A program made the translations under genes and the position numbers. A stretch of DNA of 64,000 nucleotides from Armatimonadota bacterium (lineage in GTDB: Bacteria; Vulcanimicrobiota; JACPDS01; JBDRKI01): assembly GCA_043814095.1 (NCBI GenBank), contig JBDRKI010000055.1, positions 1-64,000 of the forward strand, given 5' to 3'. The notes under the pieces are model-generated. The model was not told the origin of the DNA and did no database searches. It saw nothing but the letters and a program-made list of their open reading frames with translations. Each line of letters opens with the position of its first letter. Position 1 is the first letter of the stretch. Below, in pieces: positions 1 through 8,128 of this stretch.

Positions 1-137
1 AGCCGCTTTAACTCAAATTTTCTAGCCATGATAATGTCCTTTCCTGTCATAACACCCTCCTTTCAGGATGTTTATGACTTCGTGATTTAGGACATTTCTA
101 TTTTGTTCTATTAGGACATTATCATTTTGCGGTTACA
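1..137 (-). mobile_element. Left end of an insertion sequence (IS1202/ISNCY-like) with the start of its transposase, running off the window
   Basis: On the minus strand the element starts TGTAACCGCAAAATGATAATGTCC at 137. It has two 19-bp subterminal repeats 24 bp apart (ttaggacatttctattttg 87-105, ttaggacattatcattttg 111-129). RBS GGAGGG, then ATG at 50 reading MTGKDIIMARKFELKRL, an N-terminus typical of these transposases. Confidence 0.7.
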
Positions 138-145
138 GAAAAGAT

Positions 146-228
146 AAAAATACTCCTTTTGGTACCGTTTTTTACCGAAAATTACCCCATTTGACCTATA
201 TCCGTATACGCGGGGGGGGGGGTATAAT
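146..228 (+). promoter_or_regulatory. Conserved cassette promoter, copy 1, with G11 tract (212-222) abutting TATAAT (223-228)
   Basis: aaaaatactccttttggtacc...ttgacctatatccgtatacgc-G11-tataat, near-identical in the other three cassettes. Confidence 0.85.
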
Positions 229-321
229 ATAGATGGGAAGGGAGAAAGATGCTTCCCGCGAGCAAGATTTAAAGGCATAAAAAGCCATTAAATAAAACTA
301 AAAGAAAGGAGGTTAACCCAT

Positions 322-807
322 GTGAAAAAACTGATAATAGTTCTTATCTCGATAGCATTTTTGGCAACAGCTGCATTTGCAGGTACTACAGATACCCAGA
401 CTGTGTACTATGAGATTGACGCGATAAATGAGCTAGCATTTGATGCAGCAGACATAACCTTAACGATTGATAGCTGTATATTCGGTGCTGGTACTCAACC
501 GCTTCTAACTGCCGAGACAGTACATTATGATATTACTACCAATGAAACAGCCGGTAAAAAGATAACCGCTGCGCTCAATGCAAATATGCCGGCCGACACC
601 AGCATATCAGTAACTGCACTTGCCCCAACCGGCGGAATAGGTCCGCCATTTATAACTTTAAGTACCACTGCAAGTAACGTAGTAATCAGTATTGAAACAG
701 TTGCAGAGTCTAGCATAAACTGTAACATTACATTAAAGGCAACGGTTGCAGCCGGTCTTCCTCCTGACGGTTCAAGAATCATAACCTTCACGTTATGTGA
801 CGAATAA
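322..807 (+). CDS. Secreted pilin-like beta-rich protein, cassette paralog 1
   Basis: RBS AAGGAGGT, GTG start, Sec signal peptide ending AFA; shared motifs TDTQT-YYEIDAINE, ITTNET, NANMP, VAAGLP.DGSR.ITFTL. Confidence 0.8.
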   Translation: MKKLIIVLISIAFLATAAFAGTTDTQTVYYEIDAINELAFDAADITLTIDSCIFGAGTQPLLTAETVHYDITTNETAGKKITAALNANMPADTSISVTALAPTGGIGPPFITLSTTASNVVISIETVAESSINCNITLKATVAAGLPPDGSRIITFTLCDE

Positions 808-830
808 ACAGATACTTTAAGTTAGTGTTA

Positions 831-861
831 AAAAAGCAGCTCCTTGCAGGGGCTGCTTTTT
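831..861 (+). terminator. Bidirectional intrinsic terminator of cassette 1
   Basis: aaaaagcagctcc-ttgca-ggggctgcttttt hairpin with A and T tails. Confidence 0.8.
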
Positions 862-907
862 TATACAATTATAATATATCTCTGTATATTTATATTGTTC
901 TTTCTTT

Positions 908-1792
908 CTACTTTACCACAAGCACGGACGGACGGGAGAGTTTTGCTACTTTTCTTGATACGCTCCCTAAAAGGAATCCTTCTATTCCGGAGACACCTGT
1001 TGCTCCCATAACTATAAGGTCATAACCGCCTTCTTTGGAAGCTATTAATATTTCATTGGAAGGCTCGCCTTCCAGCACTTCGGTTGTAACTTTGGAAAAA
1101 TATTTCTTTAATTCTCTTTCTGAATTTTCAACCACTATTGAAGAAGCTTCTTTATGCGTCTTTGTTATGAGGTCTATTTTTTCCCTGGGGACATAACTTT
1201 CCTCAAGAATTGAGTTTTCAATCCTGGGAACAACTGATAATACATGCACTTTTGTTGACGGAGGCAGTTTATGGCTTACCATCCATTTTAAAGCTTTCTG
1301 AGCGTCTGCTGAGCCATCTGTAGCAAATAATATTTTATTTAACTTTTTAAATGATTTTTTGGTAATCAATACTGCTTTTTTGGAATATTTTAATACTTTC
1401 TGTGATACCCCGCCGAGCAGAAGCTCTTCAATGCCCGTTCTTCCCGCAGAACCGGTAACCACTAAATCCGCGTTAAATTCTTCGGCCGCAGCTATAATCT
1501 CTCTTGCGGGATGGCCCACATATGTCTTCTTGGTGATCTTGGCTTTAAGGCTGCCGTTAAAAAACCGTCCCGTTCTTTCCAGGATTTTTTCGCCTATGTT
1601 AACAGCTTCAACCCTTACTTCGTCAATAACGGACATAACATTGGGGTAAAGGTCGGAATAATTCGCCGGAAGAAAATCTTCAAGTACGGTTACTATAAAA
1701 ATTTCCGAATTATCCGTAAGATGAAGAGTCTTTAAAAACCTTGCCGCTATCTCGGAATATTTTGATCCGTCTGTAGCAAATAAAATTTTCAT
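908..1792 (-). CDS. Tandem-domain universal stress protein
   Basis: Two USP domains (KILFATDGS twice; G.TG...LLGGVS / LLGSVS); start placed at MKILF after a G-rich RBS. Confidence 0.9.
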   Translation of the reverse strand: MKILFATDGSKYSEIAARFLKTLHLTDNSEIFIVTVLEDFLPANYSDLYPNVMSVIDEVRVEAVNIGEKILERTGRFFNGSLKAKITKKTYVGHPAREIIAAAEEFNADLVVTGSAGRTGIEELLLGGVSQKVLKYSKKAVLITKKSFKKLNKILFATDGSADAQKALKWMVSHKLPPSTKVHVLSVVPRIENSILEESYVPREKIDLITKTHKEASSIVVENSERELKKYFSKVTTEVLEGEPSNEILIASKEGGYDLIVMGATGVSGIEGFLLGSVSRKVAKLSRPSVLVVK

Positions 1793-1886
1793 ATAACCCC
1801 CTTCCTTACCGGTATCCACCTAATAATTATACCATATAATTAATTTTATATCGACAGTATTTCCCCGTATAAAAGAGTTTTTCCTT

Positions 1887-2762
1887 TTATCTTAAATTCT
1901 GCTCTATTTTGACTTTTTCTTCCGTTTTCTGATCTTTATATTTCACTATTATCGGGGTATATATGCTTAAATTATGCTCTTTGGCAAAATCGCCCTCTAT
2001 GCCTCTTGCTCCGGAGACAACAATAGCTCCTGCCGGTATCCTTAAAGGAACGCCGGGTGACGCTTTATAGACTTTTTTCTTAACCATGTCATATACGGCG
2101 GTGCCTGAAGTTAAAATTACGCCCGATGCTATAACCGCGCCTTTTTCTATAATAGCGCCTTCATATATGCCGCAGTTCCCGCCTATTAAAACTCCGTCTT
2201 CAACAATAACGGGAAGCCCCCCTACCGGCTCTAATACCCCGCCTATATATGCGCCGGCACTTACATGAACCTTTTTACCTATCTGGGCGCAGCTCCCGAT
2301 AAGCGCGTTTGAATCTATCATTGAAGAGTCATCCACATACGCGCCTATGTTAACATAAGAAGGGGACATCAATACGCAGTTTTTTCCTATATATGAGCCC
2401 TCCCTTACATAACTCGCGTTGGGAACAAGCCTTACCTGTTTGCCTGAAAATCTGTTCCCGTTAGGGATAATAAGTTCTTTGTCCTGGAAATGGATTTCAT
2501 TGCTTACTTTAATTTCTTTAATACCGCTTAATTTAAATACAAGCAGTATGGCTTTCTTAACCCATACATTTACTTTATAATCATTCCCATCTTTTGAAAC
2601 CGCCCTTACTTCTCCCGAATTAAGAAAATTTAAGAAACATTTCAATTCAGCGAGAATCATATCTTTGTTTTTCTGCAGATCCTCTTCACTGCAGGTAAAA
2701 TATTCTTCCAGTTTTGTCTTTAAATTATCTACCGTTAAAGTCCCCTCTGACATTTTCAACAC
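1887..2762 (-). CDS. dapD: Tetrahydrodipicolinate N-succinyltransferase
   Basis: VNVWVKKAILL, YVNIGAYVD, GGVLEP hexapeptide repeats; within dap cluster. Confidence 0.9.
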   Translation of the reverse strand: MLKMSEGTLTVDNLKTKLEEYFTCSEEDLQKNKDMILAELKCFLNFLNSGEVRAVSKDGNDYKVNVWVKKAILLVFKLSGIKEIKVSNEIHFQDKELIIPNGNRFSGKQVRLVPNASYVREGSYIGKNCVLMSPSYVNIGAYVDDSSMIDSNALIGSCAQIGKKVHVSAGAYIGGVLEPVGGLPVIVEDGVLIGGNCGIYEGAIIEKGAVIASGVILTSGTAVYDMVKKKVYKASPGVPLRIPAGAIVVSGARGIEGDFAKEHNLSIYTPIIVKYKDQKTEEKVKIEQNLR

Positions 2763-2773
2763 CTCTTATTAAA

Positions 2774-3661
2774 CTATATTTTCGCCTCTACGCTAAGATC
2801 AAGCAGAACCTTTTTTATCTTATCTTTGCTCTCGGGTTTGCAGGGGCAAAGAGGGAGCCTGTATTCTTCTTTTATTAACCCCATTAAACTTAAAGCGCAT
2901 TTTACGGGGATGGGGTTGCTCTCTATAAAATTAATATTCATAAGGTCCAGCAGTTTATGGTGAATCTTTGCCGCGCTTACAAAATCTTTATCCAGCGCGT
3001 AATGAACCATATCCGAAAATTCCGAGGGAACCTCATTGGAAACAACGGAAATCACCCCGTTGCCTCCTAAAGAAATCATAGGAAGGGTTAACGCGTCATC
3101 CCCTGAGAGCACCGTAAAACCCGTACCCTTATTTTTTATAATCTCCGCAACCTGGTTAAGATCGCCGCTTGCTTCTTTTACCGCTGTAATATTCTTATAA
3201 TCCTCAGCCAGTCTTTTAACGGTTGCCGGCAGGAGGTTGCATCCCGTTCTGCCCGGCACGTTATAAAGGATGATCTCTTTTTTAGTGACTTTAGCCTGCT
3301 CCGCAAAATGCAGGTACAGGCCTTCCTGGGTCGGCTTATTATAATAAGGGGTAACTGAAAGATACCCGTCTATATCCATGGAATCTATCTTTTTCATAAA
3401 TTCCAGAACGCTCTTGGTATTATTTGATCCTATGCCCGCGACAATCTTTATCTTCTTATTGGCTGAGGCTATGGCTTTTTCAATTAAAGCAATCTTTTCA
3501 TCTTCAGAAACAGTGGCGGCTTCCCCTGTTGTTCCGAGAACAACGAGAAAATCAACACCTGCCTGCACCTGGCGGGCTATAAGTTTTTCAAAAGATGCGT
3601 AATCAATGGTTTTATCCTCGTTAAAAGGAGTAACAATCGCGGTTCCAACACCTTTAAACAT
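2774..3661 (-). CDS. dapA: 4-hydroxy-tetrahydrodipicolinate synthase
   Basis: GTTGE, YNVPGRTG, KEASG, NPIPVK motifs. Confidence 0.95.
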   Translation of the reverse strand: MFKGVGTAIVTPFNEDKTIDYASFEKLIARQVQAGVDFLVVLGTTGEAATVSEDEKIALIEKAIASANKKIKIVAGIGSNNTKSVLEFMKKIDSMDIDGYLSVTPYYNKPTQEGLYLHFAEQAKVTKKEIILYNVPGRTGCNLLPATVKRLAEDYKNITAVKEASGDLNQVAEIIKNKGTGFTVLSGDDALTLPMISLGGNGVISVVSNEVPSEFSDMVHYALDKDFVSAAKIHHKLLDLMNINFIESNPIPVKCALSLMGLIKEEYRLPLCPCKPESKDKIKKVLLDLSVEAKI

Positions 3662-3680
3662 AAACTACCTCCTGTGTTAA

Positions 3681-4412
3681 TTAATCTTTGCTTTCCAATA
3701 CATCCTTCATTCTATAAATTCCCGATTTTCCTTTTATCCATTTAGCGGCAAGAAGCGCCCCTACGGCGAACCCTTCCCTGCTTTTGGCATTATGCGTAAG
3801 TTCAAAAGAATCCTGAGGAGAATCAAAATATACGGAATGCTTCCCGAAAACCGATCCGAAACGCGATGAGGTTACATGCAGGGCCTCTCCCTCTATTAAT
3901 CCATGCACTTTATCTGTCTGGATCTTCTTTTTCTTGCTGTTGGTTTCCAGGATAATATTACCCAGTATTATCGCCGTACCGGAGGGTGAGTCTTTTTTGC
4001 CTTTATGGTGCACCTCTGAGATAGACACATCATAATGCTCAAACCTGCCGAATAAGTCGGAAGCATATCTTGCAACCTCAAAAAAGAGGTTAACCCCTAT
4101 GGAAAAATTGGAATCCCATATAAGGCCGGTATTGCCCTGCTTTACTATGTCATTAACCATTATCATCTTATCATACCAGCCGGTAGTCCCCAGAACGCAG
4201 TTTATCTTCTTTCCCGCGAGAATCTTAAGGTTGTCTATAACACACTGGGCTTCCGAGAAATCTATCGCGACATCTACTCCTTCTAAATTATCACCAACCG
4301 AGAGGAGCTTGTTTTCGTCATATATGCCGGCCACTTCCGTAAATTTATCTTCTTTTATAAGCTCATGGACGGTTTTCCCCATCCTGCCGTAACCTATTAA
4401 AATTACTTTCAT
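3681..4412 (-). CDS. dapB: 4-hydroxy-tetrahydrodipicolinate reductase
   Basis: GYGRMG, GTTGW, EVHHKGKKDSPSGTA motifs. Confidence 0.95.
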   Translation of the reverse strand: MKVILIGYGRMGKTVHELIKEDKFTEVAGIYDENKLLSVGDNLEGVDVAIDFSEAQCVIDNLKILAGKKINCVLGTTGWYDKMIMVNDIVKQGNTGLIWDSNFSIGVNLFFEVARYASDLFGRFEHYDVSISEVHHKGKKDSPSGTAIILGNIILETNSKKKKIQTDKVHGLIEGEALHVTSSRFGSVFGKHSVYFDSPQDSFELTHNAKSREGFAVGALLAAKWIKGKSGIYRMKDVLESKD

Positions 4413-4425
4413 ATATCCTCCGGGT

Positions 4426-5814
4426 TTAAGCTTTAGCGGTTTTTTTCTCCATTAATTCATTATGCAGGTAATTTATCAACCCTTCCGCGATACAGTTATC
4501 CGCAAGAAGAGCAATCCTTGATTTTGTAATATCCCATATATCCAGTTTTCCTTCTTCAACCAGCTTATCTATTAAGCTCCTTAACATTCCAGTATAAACA
4601 ATATTTCTTCCTATTATATATATAAGGGCCTTATTGGCGTGCAGCATAAGCTCATTGCTTCTGTTAAATTCTCCAACTATATTTTTCAGCCGGTCATAAT
4701 GCACTTTCGCGGAGATAGCAACCCTTGTTTTATTAACCGCAACCTGATCAACCGCAATTTTGTGCTTGCGCGAAGCCAGAAGAAACGCGTCAACAAAATT
4801 ATCAAGCCCTTCGGGGCCCGTATCCTTAAAAGCGGCAAGAAAAAGACCGAACCTGCCCGTTACCGCAATTATATCATTAACACAGGATTTATCTTTCCTT
4901 CTGCAGTTAATAACCGTGCCTTTATCATTTTTATTATAGGAATTTAAGACATATATCGGTATGTTTTTTGATTTAGCCGGAGCAATCGTATCCGGATGAA
5001 TTACCTTGGCCCCGCAGGAAGATAAAAGCGCCATATCATCATAAGAAACCACGGGTATATTTCCGGCACCTTTTACAACTCTGGGATCCGCTGTCATAAC
5101 ACCGTTAACATCGGTCCATATCTCTATCCTCTCAGCGGAAAGCCCGTTCCCTATAATTGTCGCGGTGCAGTCCGAACCCTCCCTGCCTATTGTTGAAGGA
5201 ATACCTTTATCGGTTCTTGCTATAAATCCCTGTGTTAAAACCAGACTATATTTTAAAAAATGAGGCTCTAACTTATTCTTAATCCTGTCATAAACAATAT
5301 TAAAAAGAGGATTGGCTTTTGAATAGTTATCATCTGTAATCATAAATTCAGCTGCATTTACCAGTTTAGTCTTTAAGTTATTAGAATTCAAAGCGGCATG
5401 CACTATTATCGATGATAATTTCTCACCCGATGATATAACATAATCACAGGCGAGCGGGGTCAAATGTTTTTTTCCGAATACCTTCCCGCCCGGGGCTAGA
5501 TATTTTTCTGCCCTTGAAAATTCTTTAAGAATTTTCTTTAAAGCTTTATTGAAAATATTTTTATCCGGGCATACCTTTTTTAAAATATCCGTATGGTATA
5601 AGCGCAGGTCTTTTAAAAGAGAAGCTGTATTGCGTTTACTTCCCGCGGCAGAAGCCTCAGCCGCCTCAGTAAGCTTATTTGTAACTTTACCCATGGCAGA
5701 AACAACAACCAGGATATTCCTGCTTTCTAAAATCCTGTCTTTAATAATATCAATTACGCGCAGGACCGCGTCTTTATCATGGATGGATGTCCCCCCGAAT
5801 TTCATTACTATCAT
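4426..5814 (-). CDS. lysC: Aspartate kinase
   Basis: MKFGGTS, GREGSD, WTDVNGVMTADPR motifs. Confidence 0.9.
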   Translation of the reverse strand: MIVMKFGGTSIHDKDAVLRVIDIIKDRILESRNILVVVSAMGKVTNKLTEAAEASAAGSKRNTASLLKDLRLYHTDILKKVCPDKNIFNKALKKILKEFSRAEKYLAPGGKVFGKKHLTPLACDYVISSGEKLSSIIVHAALNSNNLKTKLVNAAEFMITDDNYSKANPLFNIVYDRIKNKLEPHFLKYSLVLTQGFIARTDKGIPSTIGREGSDCTATIIGNGLSAERIEIWTDVNGVMTADPRVVKGAGNIPVVSYDDMALLSSCGAKVIHPDTIAPAKSKNIPIYVLNSYNKNDKGTVINCRRKDKSCVNDIIAVTGRFGLFLAAFKDTGPEGLDNFVDAFLLASRKHKIAVDQVAVNKTRVAISAKVHYDRLKNIVGEFNRSNELMLHANKALIYIIGRNIVYTGMLRSLIDKLVEEGKLDIWDITKSRIALLADNCIAEGLINYLHNELMEKKTAKA

Positions 5815-5895
5815 TTTAAATCCCCTGTTTTCATTGGCTCTCCGCATTTTTTATTGTAATATTTCCGGCGGGAAATGTAAACGGGTATACAGCCG

Positions 5896-6426
5896 TTATT
5901 TCAGAAATTTTATCGAGTTTACGATACCGTCAAATACGGGTTCGCTCGTTGCGAAATTACCGACCACCGTGGTTCCCGTAATTACATAAATTGTTTTATC
6001 CTTCCAGAAACAGTATATCTTTATATGACAGCGGTGTTTCCCGCCGATAAAAAGTCCCTCAAAAGACTTGGCATTCTTACCCGCAACCGTTAAATCTTTC
6101 TCATTTTTATACACGGCATCAGGGAAGCTTTTTTTAATTTTTTCCTGCCCGTTTTTGACCATATCTTCCAGCACAGAGGAAGGTGCGTCTCCCCCGGGCG
6201 CATCCGGAAAGCGGGTGATAACAATATTCAGGTTCGGGTAAAAATTTTTAAATTTTACGGGGTTTTTAATTATAAGATCAACATCCGTACCAGAAGCGTC
6301 TTCCTTATTCCATCCCGCGGGAATATTAACCTGCAGGGTTCCGTCTTTAGCTACCGCCGTATCCGCTGCGTAAACAGGTATGGTTAACAAGATTATCATT
6401 AAAATTATTTTTACCGCCTTTATCAC
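5896..6426 (-). CDS. Exported PsbP/DcrB-like protein
   Basis: Signal peptide, IPAGW, NLNIV and C-terminal FDGIVNSIKF pattern. Confidence 0.6.
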   Translation of the reverse strand: MIKAVKIILMIILLTIPVYAADTAVAKDGTLQVNIPAGWNKEDASGTDVDLIIKNPVKFKNFYPNLNIVITRFPDAPGGDAPSSVLEDMVKNGQEKIKKSFPDAVYKNEKDLTVAGKNAKSFEGLFIGGKHRCHIKIYCFWKDKTIYVITGTTVVGNFATSEPVFDGIVNSIKFLK

Positions 6427-6808
6427 GACGATTTACCTCCCGGAACAAATTTGCTTAAAAAATTATAACAGAAATAAGGTTTGGGGTCTATTGCTTTTTT
6501 AAAAAACAGGACACACCCGGAAAAACAGACAGACAAAAACCGGTCATTTTTTTTTGTTTTTTTCATTCAGTTAACATCTTTTGTGAAAAATATTTTTTTT
6601 CGGCATCGTCAACATAAATTCAATCTTAAAATTTTACCAACAGCCTTATTTTTAATTTTAAAAGACAAAAAAACTTCTTTTCTTTGATATATAATGTTTC
6701 TACGAATACTTTTTTCTGAACATTTTTAAAAAATATTTTTTAAGCTTGAAAAATAAAAATTAAAAAATAAAATTTGGGAAATTTTTGCGCGTTTTTTACA
6801 AAAAAATG

Positions 6809-6836
6809 TTGACTTTTGATTTTTTTTTGATATACT
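6809..6836 (+). promoter_or_regulatory. Sigma70-type promoter
   Basis: TTGACT-16 nt-TATACT with TGn extended -10. Confidence 0.7.
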
Positions 6837-6898
6837 AGAACTATAAGATGTTAACTTTGAATAAGTTAACAAATTTAAAAAGAAAGTTGGTGAAGTGA

Positions 6899-6946
6899 GT
6901 GGCAGCCAAAAAGAAAGCAACAAAGAAAAAAAGAAATAGTAAATAA
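6899..6946 (+). CDS. Putative 15-aa lysine-rich peptide MAAKKKATKKKRNSK
   Basis: GTG start after GGTGA RBS, between the promoter at 6809 and the terminator at 6971; too short for the ORF track. Confidence 0.5.
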   Translation: MAAKKKATKKKRNSK

Positions 6947-6970
6947 CTTACTGTAAAAAGAAAAATTTTG

Positions 6971-7000
6971 AATGCTCACGGTAAAATACCGTGAGCATTT
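6971..7000 (+). terminator. Intrinsic terminator
   Basis: aatgctcacggt-aaaat-accgtgagcatttt. Confidence 0.8.
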
Positions 7001-7112
7001 TCCTTTATTTTTAAGCCTTTTTAATATTAATTCTGAAAAGTATTGCAAAATAATTGAGACGATACTACAATATTTGTGGTTATTTAATACATAAAATTTA
7101 AGGAGAGAAGTT

Positions 7113-8111
7113 ATGCTGGAGTTTACGAATAATATCAATAAAATATACTCTGAAAATAATATCTTAACGCATATGCCGGAAAGATATTATGAAAACAGGA
7201 TCGCCCTGCTGGTAAGAGATCCCTACTTTATTTTCACTTACTGGGAGATCAAAGATCAAACAAGGCAGGAATATTTAGACAGACTGGGCGGCAACGCAAG
7301 ATTAATAGTAAGGATATTCAAGGGATTCCCTGACGCCTCATACGAGATATTCCAGGACCTGCACAACTTAGATCTGCTGGGATCATACCATATAAACGTT
7401 AACAGTCCGGACACTCCTTTCTTTGTGCAGATAGGATATTTCAAAGACGGCCTTTTCCATCCCGTAGCAACTTCCAATCATGTGGTTACGCCTCGCGATA
7501 ATTACTGCGATCTTTTAGATGAAGAATGGATGGCTCAGGAAGAATACTACAGAGGATTAAGAAAGCTTACCTTTGACGTACAGGGGTCGCCTCATATGCA
7601 GGATAAAAAGTCTGTTATGCTATCAAGCAAAATAGAAAGAGTCTCTTCTGAGTTCTTAAAACAGGAAATAACCCTTGATACAGTATACTCAGGCGAAGAA
7701 ACCTTTGAAAAAGATATTCCCGAGGAAGAATATACGGAGGAATATACTTCATACGGCAAAACCTCAACCGCTCCGTATAAAGAAGCAACCCACACAGAGA
7801 ACGAGATACTTCATCCCAAAGCAAAACAGGAAATATCCACGCCTCCCGACAAAATGCTGGAAGAACCAGTTGAAGAAGCACATGAGGATTATAAAAGCAG
7901 TCCGGAAACAGAATATATATATAATATGAAAGAACCCGTTAAAAAGAAAAGAACGGCAAAAGCCGCAGATGTTAAAAAAACTGCCGTAAAAAAGAAAACC
8001 GTGACAAAAAAGACGGAAAAGAAAAAAACAGAGGTATCATCCAAGACTAAAAAAACGGCAACCAAGGCTAAAGCTTCGCCTAAAACCAAAGCTAAAAAAA
8101 CTAAAAAATAA
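7113..8111 (+). CDS. DUF4912-domain protein with Lys-rich C-terminal tail
   Basis: LLVRDP...YWEI and SN.VVTPRD motifs; precedes a GH57 gene as is typical. Confidence 0.75.
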   Translation: MLEFTNNINKIYSENNILTHMPERYYENRIALLVRDPYFIFTYWEIKDQTRQEYLDRLGGNARLIVRIFKGFPDASYEIFQDLHNLDLLGSYHINVNSPDTPFFVQIGYFKDGLFHPVATSNHVVTPRDNYCDLLDEEWMAQEEYYRGLRKLTFDVQGSPHMQDKKSVMLSSKIERVSSEFLKQEITLDTVYSGEETFEKDIPEEEYTEEYTSYGKTSTAPYKEATHTENEILHPKAKQEISTPPDKMLEEPVEEAHEDYKSSPETEYIYNMKEPVKKKRTAKAADVKKTAVKKKTVTKKTEKKKTEVSSKTKKTATKAKASPKTKAKKTKK

Positions 8112-8128
8112 TAAACTGTGAGGATACT

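Noticed and set aside
191-196. TTGACC as the canonical -35 of the cassette promoter
   Set aside because: Spacing to TATAAT is 24-27 bp, far from 16-18 bp
808-833. Cassette tail ttagtgttaaa as a XerD half-site
   Set aside because: Needs a gap to match TTATGTTAAAT and has no convincing XerC arm; too weak
146-861. Integron gene cassettes (attC) or a CRISPR array
   Set aside because: Units are dispersed, carry their own promoters, and show no attC-type long imperfect palindrome; there are no regularly spaced short repeats, integrase or cas genes
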